Shown here piece after piece: positions 18,088 to 26,885 of a stretch of 64,000 nt of DNA. The number at the start of each line of letters is the position of its first letter. The first letter of the stretch is position 1. The position numbers and the translations under genes are program-made. Source of the DNA: Deltaproteobacteria bacterium (GTDB lineage: Bacteria > Myxococcota_A > Polyangia > Fen-1088); the NCBI GenBank assembly GCA_033763315.1, contig JANRKS010000005.1, positions 224,001-288,000 on the forward strand. Reading direction: 5' to 3'. The notes beneath the pieces were generated by a model. That model saw nothing but the letters and a program-made list of their open reading frames with translations, was not told the origin of the DNA and did not search any database.

Positions 18088-19438
18088 ATGATTTGGTTGT
18101 GGGTGGCAATGAAGGGCTCATCAGGTCAGGGGTTAACCCCACGCCCAGCTCTTCCTCTGTGGCAGACACCCGCAAGCCAACCGTGCGTTTGAGCAAGTAG
18201 TAAATCACGGTGGCGTTGGCGGCAGCCCAGGCGAAGCACGCCAAGGCGCCCAGCGCCTGAACGCCCAGCTGTTGCCATCGCGGCAACGGCAAAAGCTCTG
18301 CGCGCCCAAACAGCGCCACGGCCAAAGTGCCCCACACGCCGCACACGCCATGGACGGGTATCGCACCCACGGGGTCGTCGATCTTGAGCCTGTGTAACAG
18401 CAAGTCGAATCCGATGTTGTGCAGCACCCCCGCCACGGCGCCGATGGCCAGCGCCGCCATCGGCGAAACCAAGTGGCAATTGGCCGTGATGGCCACAAGG
18501 CCGCCCAAGGCGCCGCCCAGAAACTTTTCGCCCACGTCACGGCGCCCGGGCACCGCTTGCGCGTGCGCGAAGGCAACCAAGCCTCCCATGGCCCCTGCAA
18601 GGTTGGTGTTGAGGATGATGCCCGCGACCGCGGCGTTGAGGTGCAGCGTGCTGCCGCCGTTGAATCCCCACCATCCGAACCACAAGATAAACACACCCAA
18701 AGTGGCGTAGGCCATGCTGTTGGGGCGCAGGCTGCACGCGTTGCCATGGGCGTCGAAGCGACCACGGCGTGGCCCCACCATCCATGCGCCCACGAGCGCA
18801 TACCACGCCCCGTTGCTGTGAACGGCGCTTGAGCCCGCAAAGTCGATGAAGCCGAGCTTTTGCAACCAACCCGGGTTGGTGCTGTCGAAGGCGCCGCTCC
18901 AAACCCAGTGGCCGAACACCGGATAGACCACGGCCGCTTGCCACACGCAGCCGATAAGAAAGGCCGCAAAACTTGTGCGTTCCGCGAGCGCGCCCGAAAC
19001 GATGGTGGTGGATGTGCTCGCAAACGCCGCTTGGAACAAGAAGAACACCAACCCCAACGCTTGCGGTGTGGCGGCATCCTTGAGCGCAAACAAGCTTGTT
19101 CCCACCAGCCCGTGCCAAGAGTGGCCGAACAGCAGAGCAAAACCGAACAGGAAGAAAAACAAACTGGTCAGAACCCAGTTAACGAGGTTCTTCATGGCGA
19201 CGGACGTGCTGCTTTTCCGCTGTGCCATCCCCACTTCCACGCACTTGAAGCCGGCTTGCATGAAGAACACCAAGGCGGCGGCCACCAGCACCCACAGCTG
19301 GTCTAATAAGGGCGCTATGGCGGCCGGGAGTGGAAGGGGCGGCACAGTCGCGGCGCTTGCCGGGGCTGTCATGGTGGAAGCCAGCAAAACGCCTGCAGCG
19401 ATGGCCTGCGTCCCTCTGCGCCTTGTGTGGGAAAACAT
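18086..19438 (-). CDS. amt: Ammonium transporter (Amt family)
   Basis: FFMQAGF, DFAGSSAVH, WFGWWGFNGGS, DDPVGAIPVHGVCGVWG (twin His present). Confidence 0.95.
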   Translation of the reverse strand: MFSHTRRRGTQAIAAGVLLASTMTAPASAATVPPLPLPAAIAPLLDQLWVLVAAALVFFMQAGFKCVEVGMAQRKSSTSVAMKNLVNWVLTSLFFFLFGFALLFGHSWHGLVGTSLFALKDAATPQALGLVFFLFQAAFASTSTTIVSGALAERTSFAAFLIGCVWQAAVVYPVFGHWVWSGAFDSTNPGWLQKLGFIDFAGSSAVHSNGAWYALVGAWMVGPRRGRFDAHGNACSLRPNSMAYATLGVFILWFGWWGFNGGSTLHLNAAVAGIILNTNLAGAMGGLVAFAHAQAVPGRRDVGEKFLGGALGGLVAITANCHLVSPMAALAIGAVAGVLHNIGFDLLLHRLKIDDPVGAIPVHGVCGVWGTLAVALFGRAELLPLPRWQQLGVQALGALACFAWAAANATVIYYLLKRTVGLRVSATEEELGVGLTPDLMSPSLPPTTKS

Positions 19439-19496
19439 GCGTCGGTGGCTTGAACTTCGGACGCCGTCGCGGCCGCCTTAAGCGCGATCGCAACAA

Positions 19497-19512
19497 GTTT
19501 CACAATGGAAAC
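19497..19512. promoter_or_regulatory. Perfect palindrome GTTTC-N6-GAAAC upstream of amt; candidate nitrogen-regulator site
   Basis: GTTTCACAATGGAAAC in an AT-rich patch of the amt/kinase divergent spacer. Confidence 0.4.
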
Positions 19513-19581
19513 AAATCCTGGCCTTAAGAGCGGCGCCGCAGACCCGATGTCTCAAGGGTCAAGCTGCGTGAAGTTGGGGCC

Positions 19582-20658
19582 ATGCCGAGCAAAGGGTTTT
19601 CACCGGGCGATGTTCTGGGCGGTAAATACCGCCTGACGGAACTCGTGGGCGAGGGCGGCATGGGCAGCGTCTGGTCCGCGCGCCATCTGTTGCTCGACAG
19701 AGACTGTGCCGTGAAACTTTTGTCCCGCAATGGCGGCAGCCGCCAAAGCCAAGCTGAACGTTTCACACGCGAAGCCAAGATCGCCGCTTCGCTGCGGCAC
19801 AAAAACGTCGTGGATCTCTTCGATTTCGGCGAAGCCGAGTCGGGGGACTTCTTCATGGTGATGGAGTGGCTCGAAGGGGAGTCGCTGTCAACGCGCCTGG
19901 GTCGCGCGCCCACCTTGCCCTTACGCGAGCTGATTGGGATCTTGTCTGAAGCGCTGGCGGGGCTAGCCGCCGTGCACGAGCGCGGCATCGTTCATCGTGA
20001 TTTGAAACCCGAGAACATCTTCTTGGCCAAGGAAGATGGCGAGGTGATACCGAAGCTGCTCGACTTCGGCGTGTCACGCTTGCGGCGCGGCCTCGAAGGC
20101 CCATCGTTGACGGGCACGGGCAGCACGGTGGGCACGCCCCATTACATGTCTTCGGAGCAGGTGCGCGGCGCTCGCGATCTGGATGGTCGTGCGGATCTTT
20201 ACAGCATCGGCGTGATCCTGTTTCGCAGCGTGATGGCGCGGTTTCCGTTTGAGGCCGAAGAGTTGACCGACCTGCTTTTGCAATTGGCCAATCAACCCGC
20301 GCCACGTTTGGTGCCCTTGCGGCTTGAAACGGGTGAAGGCTTATCCGCCGTAATCGATCGCGCGCTTTCGCGCGACCGCAATGACCGTTTTAGCAACGCT
20401 TACGAAATGAGGCGCGCGCTGTTGGCCACCTTGGATGCCGTGTCCCCCACAGTGCCGTGCCAATGGCGCCGCAGCGAAAGCGAATTGCCCTTTGATTCGC
20501 CCACGCAAAATTCGCCTTATCCTTGGCGCCACACACCCGGCGCTGATGCGGCCGGCCTCACCGCACGCCCTTTGTGGCTCAACCAGTGGCGCCGCTTGAT
20601 ACCGTTGGGTTTGGCGGCCTTGGTGGTGGGCGCCGCGTGGTTGCTCACGTCCCGGTAA
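19582..20658 (+). CDS. Hanks-type Ser/Thr protein kinase with C-terminal TM
   Basis: GEGGMGSV, AVK, HRDLKPEN, DFG, GTPHYMSSEQ; C-terminal hydrophobic helix. Confidence 0.95.
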   Translation: MPSKGFSPGDVLGGKYRLTELVGEGGMGSVWSARHLLLDRDCAVKLLSRNGGSRQSQAERFTREAKIAASLRHKNVVDLFDFGEAESGDFFMVMEWLEGESLSTRLGRAPTLPLRELIGILSEALAGLAAVHERGIVHRDLKPENIFLAKEDGEVIPKLLDFGVSRLRRGLEGPSLTGTGSTVGTPHYMSSEQVRGARDLDGRADLYSIGVILFRSVMARFPFEAEELTDLLLQLANQPAPRLVPLRLETGEGLSAVIDRALSRDRNDRFSNAYEMRRALLATLDAVSPTVPCQWRRSESELPFDSPTQNSPYPWRHTPGADAAGLTARPLWLNQWRRLIPLGLAALVVGAAWLLTSR

Positions 20659-20823
20659 CCTCGTGGCGTGGCGACCCAACCGTTTGTCGCACTCTCGGAT
20701 TCATCAGTTACACTGCGGGCGGTGCCAGTTCCTGTGTTCGACGATATGGCCTTGGCGCGTGGGTACACCAACGTAGCCGCGGTGCCGCTTCAGACCGCGA
20801 TGTGGGCCTGCCAAAGGGCTCGT

Positions 20824-22320
20824 ATGATTGGCGCTTGGCGTGCGGCGTTCGTTGTGCTGTGGCTTTTTGCGGCCGCACCTGTCGCCGTGGCGCAATCGCT
20901 TGATCGTGATCAGGGCCCCTCCGTTGTCACGCCCGATGCGGGGGACGACGCTGGCCGGGTTGTCCCCACCTTAGCGCCACCACAAACACGCAGCGAGGCG
21001 GCTGTTTCGAGCACCACGCAGCAAACCCCCGCGCCGCCCCCCTCTGTGCCACCCACGCAACGTGGTGGCGTGATTCGCACCATTTTGGGGATCTTGGCTT
21101 TGTTGGCGTTGGCCTACCTCGGTGGCCATCCCAAGGTCCGCGCGTGGGAAGAGAAATTGGGCATCTCACAGATGATCGCTGCGGGCTTTCCCTTCGTTGT
21201 GTTGGGGATGATCGCGCACCTGCCGTCCGTGGGCGTGTTGACCGACGACGTCTTGGTGGAACTTGATCCACTTTTGCACGTGGGCCTCGGCTGCATCGGT
21301 TTCGTGTTCGGGTTTCGCTTCGACTTGCGCACGTTGCGCCTGTTTCCGCAGGGCTCCGAGCGCTTGGTGTTTTTCTCGATCCTGTTTCCGTTCACGCTGG
21401 TGTGGGCGCTCTCCGCGGTTGTGTTGGCGCTGGTCTCCCCGCCGCAGGACGCATCGATCTTCTCGGGCCCCCTGTTCGTGCGCGACGCTGTGATCTTGGG
21501 CACCGCCGCGGCGATGTCGGCCAGCACGGCAAAGCGCTGGTACAAACTTGGCAAAGCCAGCCGCCTGAGTGTGCTTGTGGTGCGCGTGGAGGAGTTCGTT
21601 GGTGTGGTGGGCTTGGCGTTGGTGGCTGCGTATTTTCGGCCGCAAAACGCGCTTTCGTCGTGGCAGCTGCCCGGCACCGCGTGGTTGTTGTTGTCGGTGG
21701 GCCTGGGCGCCACCTTGGCGCTGCTGACGTTCGCGATCTTGCAAACCGCTTCGCGCGGGCCCGAATTCCTCGTGCTTTCGTTGGGTGTGATCGCGTTTGC
21801 CGCGGGTGCTTCGGGCTACCTGCACTTGTCGTCGGTGGTGGTTACGTTTATCGCTGGGGCGCTTTTGAATGCGTTCCCGGGCGAATACCACACGCGCTTG
21901 CGCGACACGCTTCGGCGCCTTGAGCACCCCATTTTGCTGCTGTCGTTGGTGATCATTGGTGCCTTGTGGCAGCTGTCTGATTGGCGTGGCTGGCTGCTGA
22001 TGCCCGTGTTCGGGTGCGCGCGGTTGGCAGGCAAGTGGTGGGCCACCAATCCCTTAATGTTGTCGCAAGAGCACATGGCGCTTAGCAACGATGAACGATA
22101 CGCGCTTGGCCTTTCACCGATGGGCACCTTGGCGATCGCCATCGTGATCAACGCCAAGGTGCTTTATCCCGGTGATTCGATCTCGCTGATCGTTTCGGCT
22201 GTGTTAGGAGGCGGGGTGCTTACGGAGATCTTCGTGCAGCGTGTGCACCGCAGACACAGCGCGCGCCTGCGCAACGAACGCCCATCGCCGCCACCTGTGA
22301 CCCTGGGAGGTGTGCCATGA
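20824..22320 (+). CDS. Cation:proton antiporter-like membrane protein (divergent CPA2-type) with N-terminal exported Pro-rich linker; start uncertain
   Basis: Many TM helices, GARLAGKW-like ARLAGK motif, GLSPMGTLAIAI; ATGA overlap with next gene. Confidence 0.65.
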   Translation: MIGAWRAAFVVLWLFAAAPVAVAQSLDRDQGPSVVTPDAGDDAGRVVPTLAPPQTRSEAAVSSTTQQTPAPPPSVPPTQRGGVIRTILGILALLALAYLGGHPKVRAWEEKLGISQMIAAGFPFVVLGMIAHLPSVGVLTDDVLVELDPLLHVGLGCIGFVFGFRFDLRTLRLFPQGSERLVFFSILFPFTLVWALSAVVLALVSPPQDASIFSGPLFVRDAVILGTAAAMSASTAKRWYKLGKASRLSVLVVRVEEFVGVVGLALVAAYFRPQNALSSWQLPGTAWLLLSVGLGATLALLTFAILQTASRGPEFLVLSLGVIAFAAGASGYLHLSSVVVTFIAGALLNAFPGEYHTRLRDTLRRLEHPILLLSLVIIGALWQLSDWRGWLLMPVFGCARLAGKWWATNPLMLSQEHMALSNDERYALGLSPMGTLAIAIVINAKVLYPGDSISLIVSAVLGGGVLTEIFVQRVHRRHSARLRNERPSPPPVTLGGVP

Positions 22321-23663
22321 ACCTGGTCCTGGTGTTCGCGCTGGCGGGCCTCATGCAGGCCATCCGATCGTTTCAAGCGCCCCACCTGGGCGAGGGCTTC
22401 GGCACCACGCTGGCTTTCGGTTATTTGCTGCTCACCGCGTACTTTGCAGGCACGCTGTTCAAGGCGGCGCGTTTGCCAAAGCTTACGGGCTACATCGCGG
22501 CAGGCATTGTGGCGGGCCCGGCGGTCTTGGGCTTTTTGACCGAGTCGATGGTGCAAAGCTTGAAGATCGTCAACGGTGTGGCCATCGCGCTCATAGCGAT
22601 GACGGCTGGCCTCGAACTTGAATTTCGCGAGATGCGGCCCTTTATGCGGACCATCCTATGGATCACGGGCGTGGCCGTCACAGGCACCACGCTTTTGCTT
22701 GCCACAGCGGTGTTCTTCGCGCGGCCCTTGCTGCCGTTCATGGCCGGCCTCGGCAGCCTTGAAGCGATGATGATTGCGTTGGTGCTGGGCGTGGTGATGG
22801 TGGCGCAGTCGCCTGCGGTGGTTATAGCGTTGCGCGATGAAACACAGGCCGAAGGCCCTGTGTCGCGCACGGTGCTGGGGGTGGTGGTGATCGCTGACCT
22901 GGCTGTGATCTTGTTGTTCGCGATCACCTCATCGGTCGCCAAGGCGTTCTTGGGCCAAGGCGCCAATGTGGGGGCCACGGTACGTTCGGTCGCTTGGGAG
23001 TTGTTTGGCTCCATGGGCGTTGGTGTGTTGATCGGCCTGCTGTTGGCCGTCTACACGCGCAAGGTGAAAGGGGGGGCGGGGCTGTTTTTACTGGCGGTGT
23101 CTTTCATTGTGGCGGAGGTGGGCCAGCGCCTGCATTTGGATCCATTGCTGGTGGCGCTGGCGGCCGGCATTTTGATTCGCAACGCCACCCAGGCGGCGCC
23201 CGAGATTCACCACCAAATCGAAGCGTTCAGCCTGCCAATCTATGTGTTGTTCTTCGCGGTGGCAGGCGCGAATCTGCATTTGAGCGTCTTGGCCACTGTG
23301 GGCATTCCCGCCGTCTTGTTTGTGGTGGTTCGCGGCATAGGCCTTTACTACGGCACGCGCGTGGCCACCGCATTGGCCCGTGCACCACGGGACGTTCAGC
23401 GGTTTGCCGGCTTCGGCTTGTTGCCACAAGCGGGGCTCGCCCTGGCGCTGTCGATGTTGTTCGCGAAAACTTTTCCGGAATTTGGCGACGCGGGTGCCCT
23501 GACCTTGGGTGTTGTGGCGTTAAACGAATTGATTGCGCCCGTTATCTTCCGTGCCGCGCTCGTTCGCAGCGGCGAAGCTGGAAAATTGGCGCCATCGTCC
23601 CAGCCTGAGCTGGTGGGGGGCGATGAATCGGGCCTTGTGGATCTGGGGCCTGAAAAAGCCTAG
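22317..23663 (+). CDS. Cation:proton antiporter (CPA2 / Na+/H+ exchanger family)
   Basis: RLPKLTGYIAAGIVAGP, SPAVVIA, VVIADL, FFAVAGA, LLPQAGLALAL. Confidence 0.85.
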   Translation: MNLVLVFALAGLMQAIRSFQAPHLGEGFGTTLAFGYLLLTAYFAGTLFKAARLPKLTGYIAAGIVAGPAVLGFLTESMVQSLKIVNGVAIALIAMTAGLELEFREMRPFMRTILWITGVAVTGTTLLLATAVFFARPLLPFMAGLGSLEAMMIALVLGVVMVAQSPAVVIALRDETQAEGPVSRTVLGVVVIADLAVILLFAITSSVAKAFLGQGANVGATVRSVAWELFGSMGVGVLIGLLLAVYTRKVKGGAGLFLLAVSFIVAEVGQRLHLDPLLVALAAGILIRNATQAAPEIHHQIEAFSLPIYVLFFAVAGANLHLSVLATVGIPAVLFVVVRGIGLYYGTRVATALARAPRDVQRFAGFGLLPQAGLALALSMLFAKTFPEFGDAGALTLGVVALNELIAPVIFRAALVRSGEAGKLAPSSQPELVGGDESGLVDLGPEKA

Positions 23664-23723
23664 CGGTGCCTGGCGCGGGGGAGTCCTGTGGCGCTGGCGC
23701 TGCGTCAGCCCTATAATGCGTTC

Positions 23724-24134
23724 ATGATCAACCAACGCAAACTGCTCTTCGCCGTGATGGCGTGGGTGTTGCCGTTGGTGATGTTGGCGTCGTGGTCGGC
23801 GCAAGCCGCGGGCATGTTCTGCCGCGCGGAGGGGGCTGTGGTTCGCAGCGGTTGCTGTTGTGGCGCTGATACAAACATTAAGCCCATCATGCCCTTGCCG
23901 GACGCAGAGCTCAGCGACGCCGGCTGCTGTGAAGTCACAGCGTCGCAGGCCCCCGTGGCTGTGCCCATGGCGCCGCCTGTGCTGAAGAGCGTTCCGCCTG
24001 TGTTGGCGGTTTTGTGTGCGCGGTTGCTCGTGCCCGAGCCGGCTGTGGTGCCGCCCGGTGGCTGGTCCCGCGCCGAAGCGCCGCGTGCACAGGGGCAGCC
24101 GCTGACGCTGTTAAAGCACGCCTTCTTGATCTGA
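23724..24134 (+). CDS. Small Cys-rich exported protein leading the heavy-metal efflux operon
   Basis: Signal peptide; FC...SGCCCG and AGCCEV; Pro-rich C-terminus ending PRAQGQPLTLLKHAFLI. Confidence 0.65.
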   Translation: MINQRKLLFAVMAWVLPLVMLASWSAQAAGMFCRAEGAVVRSGCCCGADTNIKPIMPLPDAELSDAGCCEVTASQAPVAVPMAPPVLKSVPPVLAVLCARLLVPEPAVVPPGGWSRAEAPRAQGQPLTLLKHAFLI

Positions 24135-24243
24135 TACGCCGCCCGAGGTGGGGTGCGTGCGTGTGCCTTGGCCGCGCCGCGCTCTAGGTGATTGTTGCTT
24201 GATTGGCGCGCGAGCCGTGCGCCTTGTGAACCTTGGGTGCTGC

Positions 24244-25545
24244 ATGTGTCGTTGTTCTTTCCGTTGTTCTTGCTGGGTTGCGCTTGCGTGTGCGTTGATC
24301 GTGTCTTCTGCTCGTGCCGAACCGGCTGACGAGGCGCTGGCGGCGCAAGTGCGGTTGGCGGATGTGGTGGCTTTGGCGGTGGCGCGCAGCCCCTCGCTTT
24401 CGGAGCTCCGGCAGAAGCAGGCGGCCAGCTTGGCTGATAGCCGCGCGGCCACGCATATGCCCGAGCCCCAGTTCAAATACGAGCAGTGGTCGGTGCCGCT
24501 GCGCAAACCGTGGGCTTTGAACCAGGCGGGCGCGTTGATGGTGGGTCTGCAGCAGGTGATTCCGCCGGCGGGCACATTGAGCGCGCGCGCCGATGCACAG
24601 ACCGCGCAGGTGGAAGTGTTGCGCCACAACGAAAGCATGAAGCGCTTGGAGGTGGCCGCACAAGCCGAGAGGGCCTTTGCCGCCTATTACCAAGGCTTTC
24701 ATCAGCTGGCGTTGCACAACGAACACTCAGAACTAGTGGCCAAGCTGCTTGAACTAGCGCGCGTGGCTTATCAGTCAGGCGTGCGGTCGCAACAAGATGT
24801 GGTGCGGCTTGGCCTCGAAATCTCGCGCGTTCATGAAACGTTGGTGCATATGAATCCGGAACTCGAATCCTCACGCGCTCTGTTGAACACATTGATGGCC
24901 AGGCCCGTGGACGCACCGCTGGGGCCGCCCGCAGAAATCGATGTGCAGGCGTTGCGAAAGGATGTGGTGATCGGCGCAGATCCCGCGCTGGGGCGGCCCG
25001 ATGTGCGCATGGCCGAAGCGCAGGTGAAAGGCAGCCAAGCGATGGTGGCGGAGGCCCACCACAACGCAAACCGGCCCATGGTGATGGTGGGGCTCGATTA
25101 CATGTACATGCCGCAAGACATGTATCAACACACGTATGGCGGCATGGTGGCCTTTGGATTGCCCTGGCTGAACCCGGGCCGCAAAGAAGAAGCTAAGGCC
25201 GCGCAACACCGCTTGAACGCCGACAAAGACGCGCTTCGGGCCGCGGCACTGGCGGCGCGTTTCGAGGTGCGCGACGCCCAGCTCCGGCTGCAATCCGCAC
25301 GTGCTTCTTATGATGTTCTAAACAACGACGTTGTGCTGCAGGCGCAGCGCAATTTGGACACCGCGCGATCCATGTATGCCGCCGGCCAATCAGACGCCTC
25401 GGCGTTGCTCGATGCTGCCCGCCTTTATCTCGAAGTGCGCATCGACCGCGTTCGATCGTTGGCGCATCTGCAAGAGGCGATGGCTGATTTGAACCGCGCC
25501 TTGGCCTCAACAACGCAAGCCCACGCTGGGGAGACACACCGATGA
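24244..25545 (+). CDS. TolC-family outer membrane efflux protein (CusC-like); start uncertain
   Basis: Helical OEP repeats, Met-rich loop MVMVGLDYMYMPQDMY; ATGA overlap with adaptor gene. Confidence 0.85.
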   Translation: MCRCSFRCSCWVALACALIVSSARAEPADEALAAQVRLADVVALAVARSPSLSELRQKQAASLADSRAATHMPEPQFKYEQWSVPLRKPWALNQAGALMVGLQQVIPPAGTLSARADAQTAQVEVLRHNESMKRLEVAAQAERAFAAYYQGFHQLALHNEHSELVAKLLELARVAYQSGVRSQQDVVRLGLEISRVHETLVHMNPELESSRALLNTLMARPVDAPLGPPAEIDVQALRKDVVIGADPALGRPDVRMAEAQVKGSQAMVAEAHHNANRPMVMVGLDYMYMPQDMYQHTYGGMVAFGLPWLNPGRKEEAKAAQHRLNADKDALRAAALAARFEVRDAQLRLQSARASYDVLNNDVVLQAQRNLDTARSMYAAGQSDASALLDAARLYLEVRIDRVRSLAHLQEAMADLNRALASTTQAHAGETHR

Positions 25546-26885
25546 ACGCGACGAACGAATTTCAGCAAGGCCATGAAGCGCCTCCCCCGGGGGTGCGGTT
25601 CATGGCGGTGTTTCGCTGGCTGCTGGTGTTGGCCATGGCGGGCGTGGCCGTGTTCGCGGTGGCCCGCTATGTGAGGTCAGGTGACGGTGAGACGGAAGCG
25701 GGGGCCACCAAACGGCTTTACCAGTGCCCCATGCACCCGCAGATCATTTCGCCGCAGCCGGGGGAATGTCCGATCTGCGGCATGACGCTGGTTCTGGTCA
25801 AAGAAGACGATCACAAACACGACACGAATCCATCCGCCGTAAAGGGCTTGGTGCCAATTCAGCTCACGGCGGAACGCATTCAGACGATCGGCGTGAAAAC
25901 GGCCAAGGCTTCACTTCGCGACGTGCCCAACCAATTGCGCACCGTGGGGCTGCTGGAGGCGAATGAACGAGGGCGTGTGGCCGTCGTGGCGCGCTTCTCG
26001 GGTTTCGTTGAAGCGCTCTACGTGAATGAAACGGGGCAGGCCGTGGTCAAGGGGCAACCGATTGCCAAGATCTACAGCCCCGAGGTCTTGCAAGCTCAAG
26101 AAGAGTTTTTAAACGCACAGCAGTGGAACACTCCCGGTGCCGCTGGGACAACCGGCGGGGGCGGGCCCACGCATCCAGGCCACGTGCAAATGTCATCGGA
26201 TTTGCTGCACGACGCCCGTCGCCGGCTTGAGCTTTTGGGGTTGGCTCCGCAAGACATCGACGACATCGCCGCGCGCAAACAGACGCAAGCCACAGTGCTA
26301 TTGCGTGCGCCTTCTTCGGGTTCAGTGATCTCAAAAAATATTCTTTCAGGTGCCGCGATCGAACGTGGCGCGCAGCTGCTGGAGATCGCTGATCTGTCGG
26401 TATTGTGGCTCATCGCGGACGTGTACGAAGGCGATCTGGCTCGCGTGAAGCTGGGCAACCCAGCCACGTTCAACACGGCTGCATTTGCAGGCGAGTCATT
26501 CCTGGCCAAGGTGCAGTTTGTATATCCCACTGTTGATGCGGCCGCGCGCACCTTGCGGGTGCGTTTGGAGCTGCGCAATCCCAAAAGCGCCAACGGTGTG
26601 AAGTTGCGCCCAGGGATGTACGGTGACGTTGTCATCGAAACAGCATCCGCCCAAGCGTTGATGGTGCCCGCAGAAGCGGCGGTTGATACGGGTAACGCGC
26701 AATACGTGTTCATCGCTGAGAGCGACGGCCGTTTCACCCCACAACCCGTGAAACTTGGCGCGCGTCGGGGCGATTTTGTTGAAGTCATCGAAGGCTTAAA
26801 ACCCGACCAGGAGGTGGTGACCACGGCCAACTTCCTGTTGGATTCGGAAAGCCGCCTGCAAGCGGCGGTGCGAGGCCAAAAATGA
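25542..26885 (+). CDS. cusB: RND efflux periplasmic adaptor (CusB-like) with heavy-metal-binding domain
   Basis: YQCPMHPQIISPQPGECPICGMTLV; YSPEVLQAQEE; LRPGMY; NFLLDSESRL. Confidence 0.9.
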   Translation: MNATNEFQQGHEAPPPGVRFMAVFRWLLVLAMAGVAVFAVARYVRSGDGETEAGATKRLYQCPMHPQIISPQPGECPICGMTLVLVKEDDHKHDTNPSAVKGLVPIQLTAERIQTIGVKTAKASLRDVPNQLRTVGLLEANERGRVAVVARFSGFVEALYVNETGQAVVKGQPIAKIYSPEVLQAQEEFLNAQQWNTPGAAGTTGGGGPTHPGHVQMSSDLLHDARRRLELLGLAPQDIDDIAARKQTQATVLLRAPSSGSVISKNILSGAAIERGAQLLEIADLSVLWLIADVYEGDLARVKLGNPATFNTAAFAGESFLAKVQFVYPTVDAAARTLRVRLELRNPKSANGVKLRPGMYGDVVIETASAQALMVPAEAAVDTGNAQYVFIAESDGRFTPQPVKLGARRGDFVEVIEGLKPDQEVVTTANFLLDSESRLQAAVRGQK

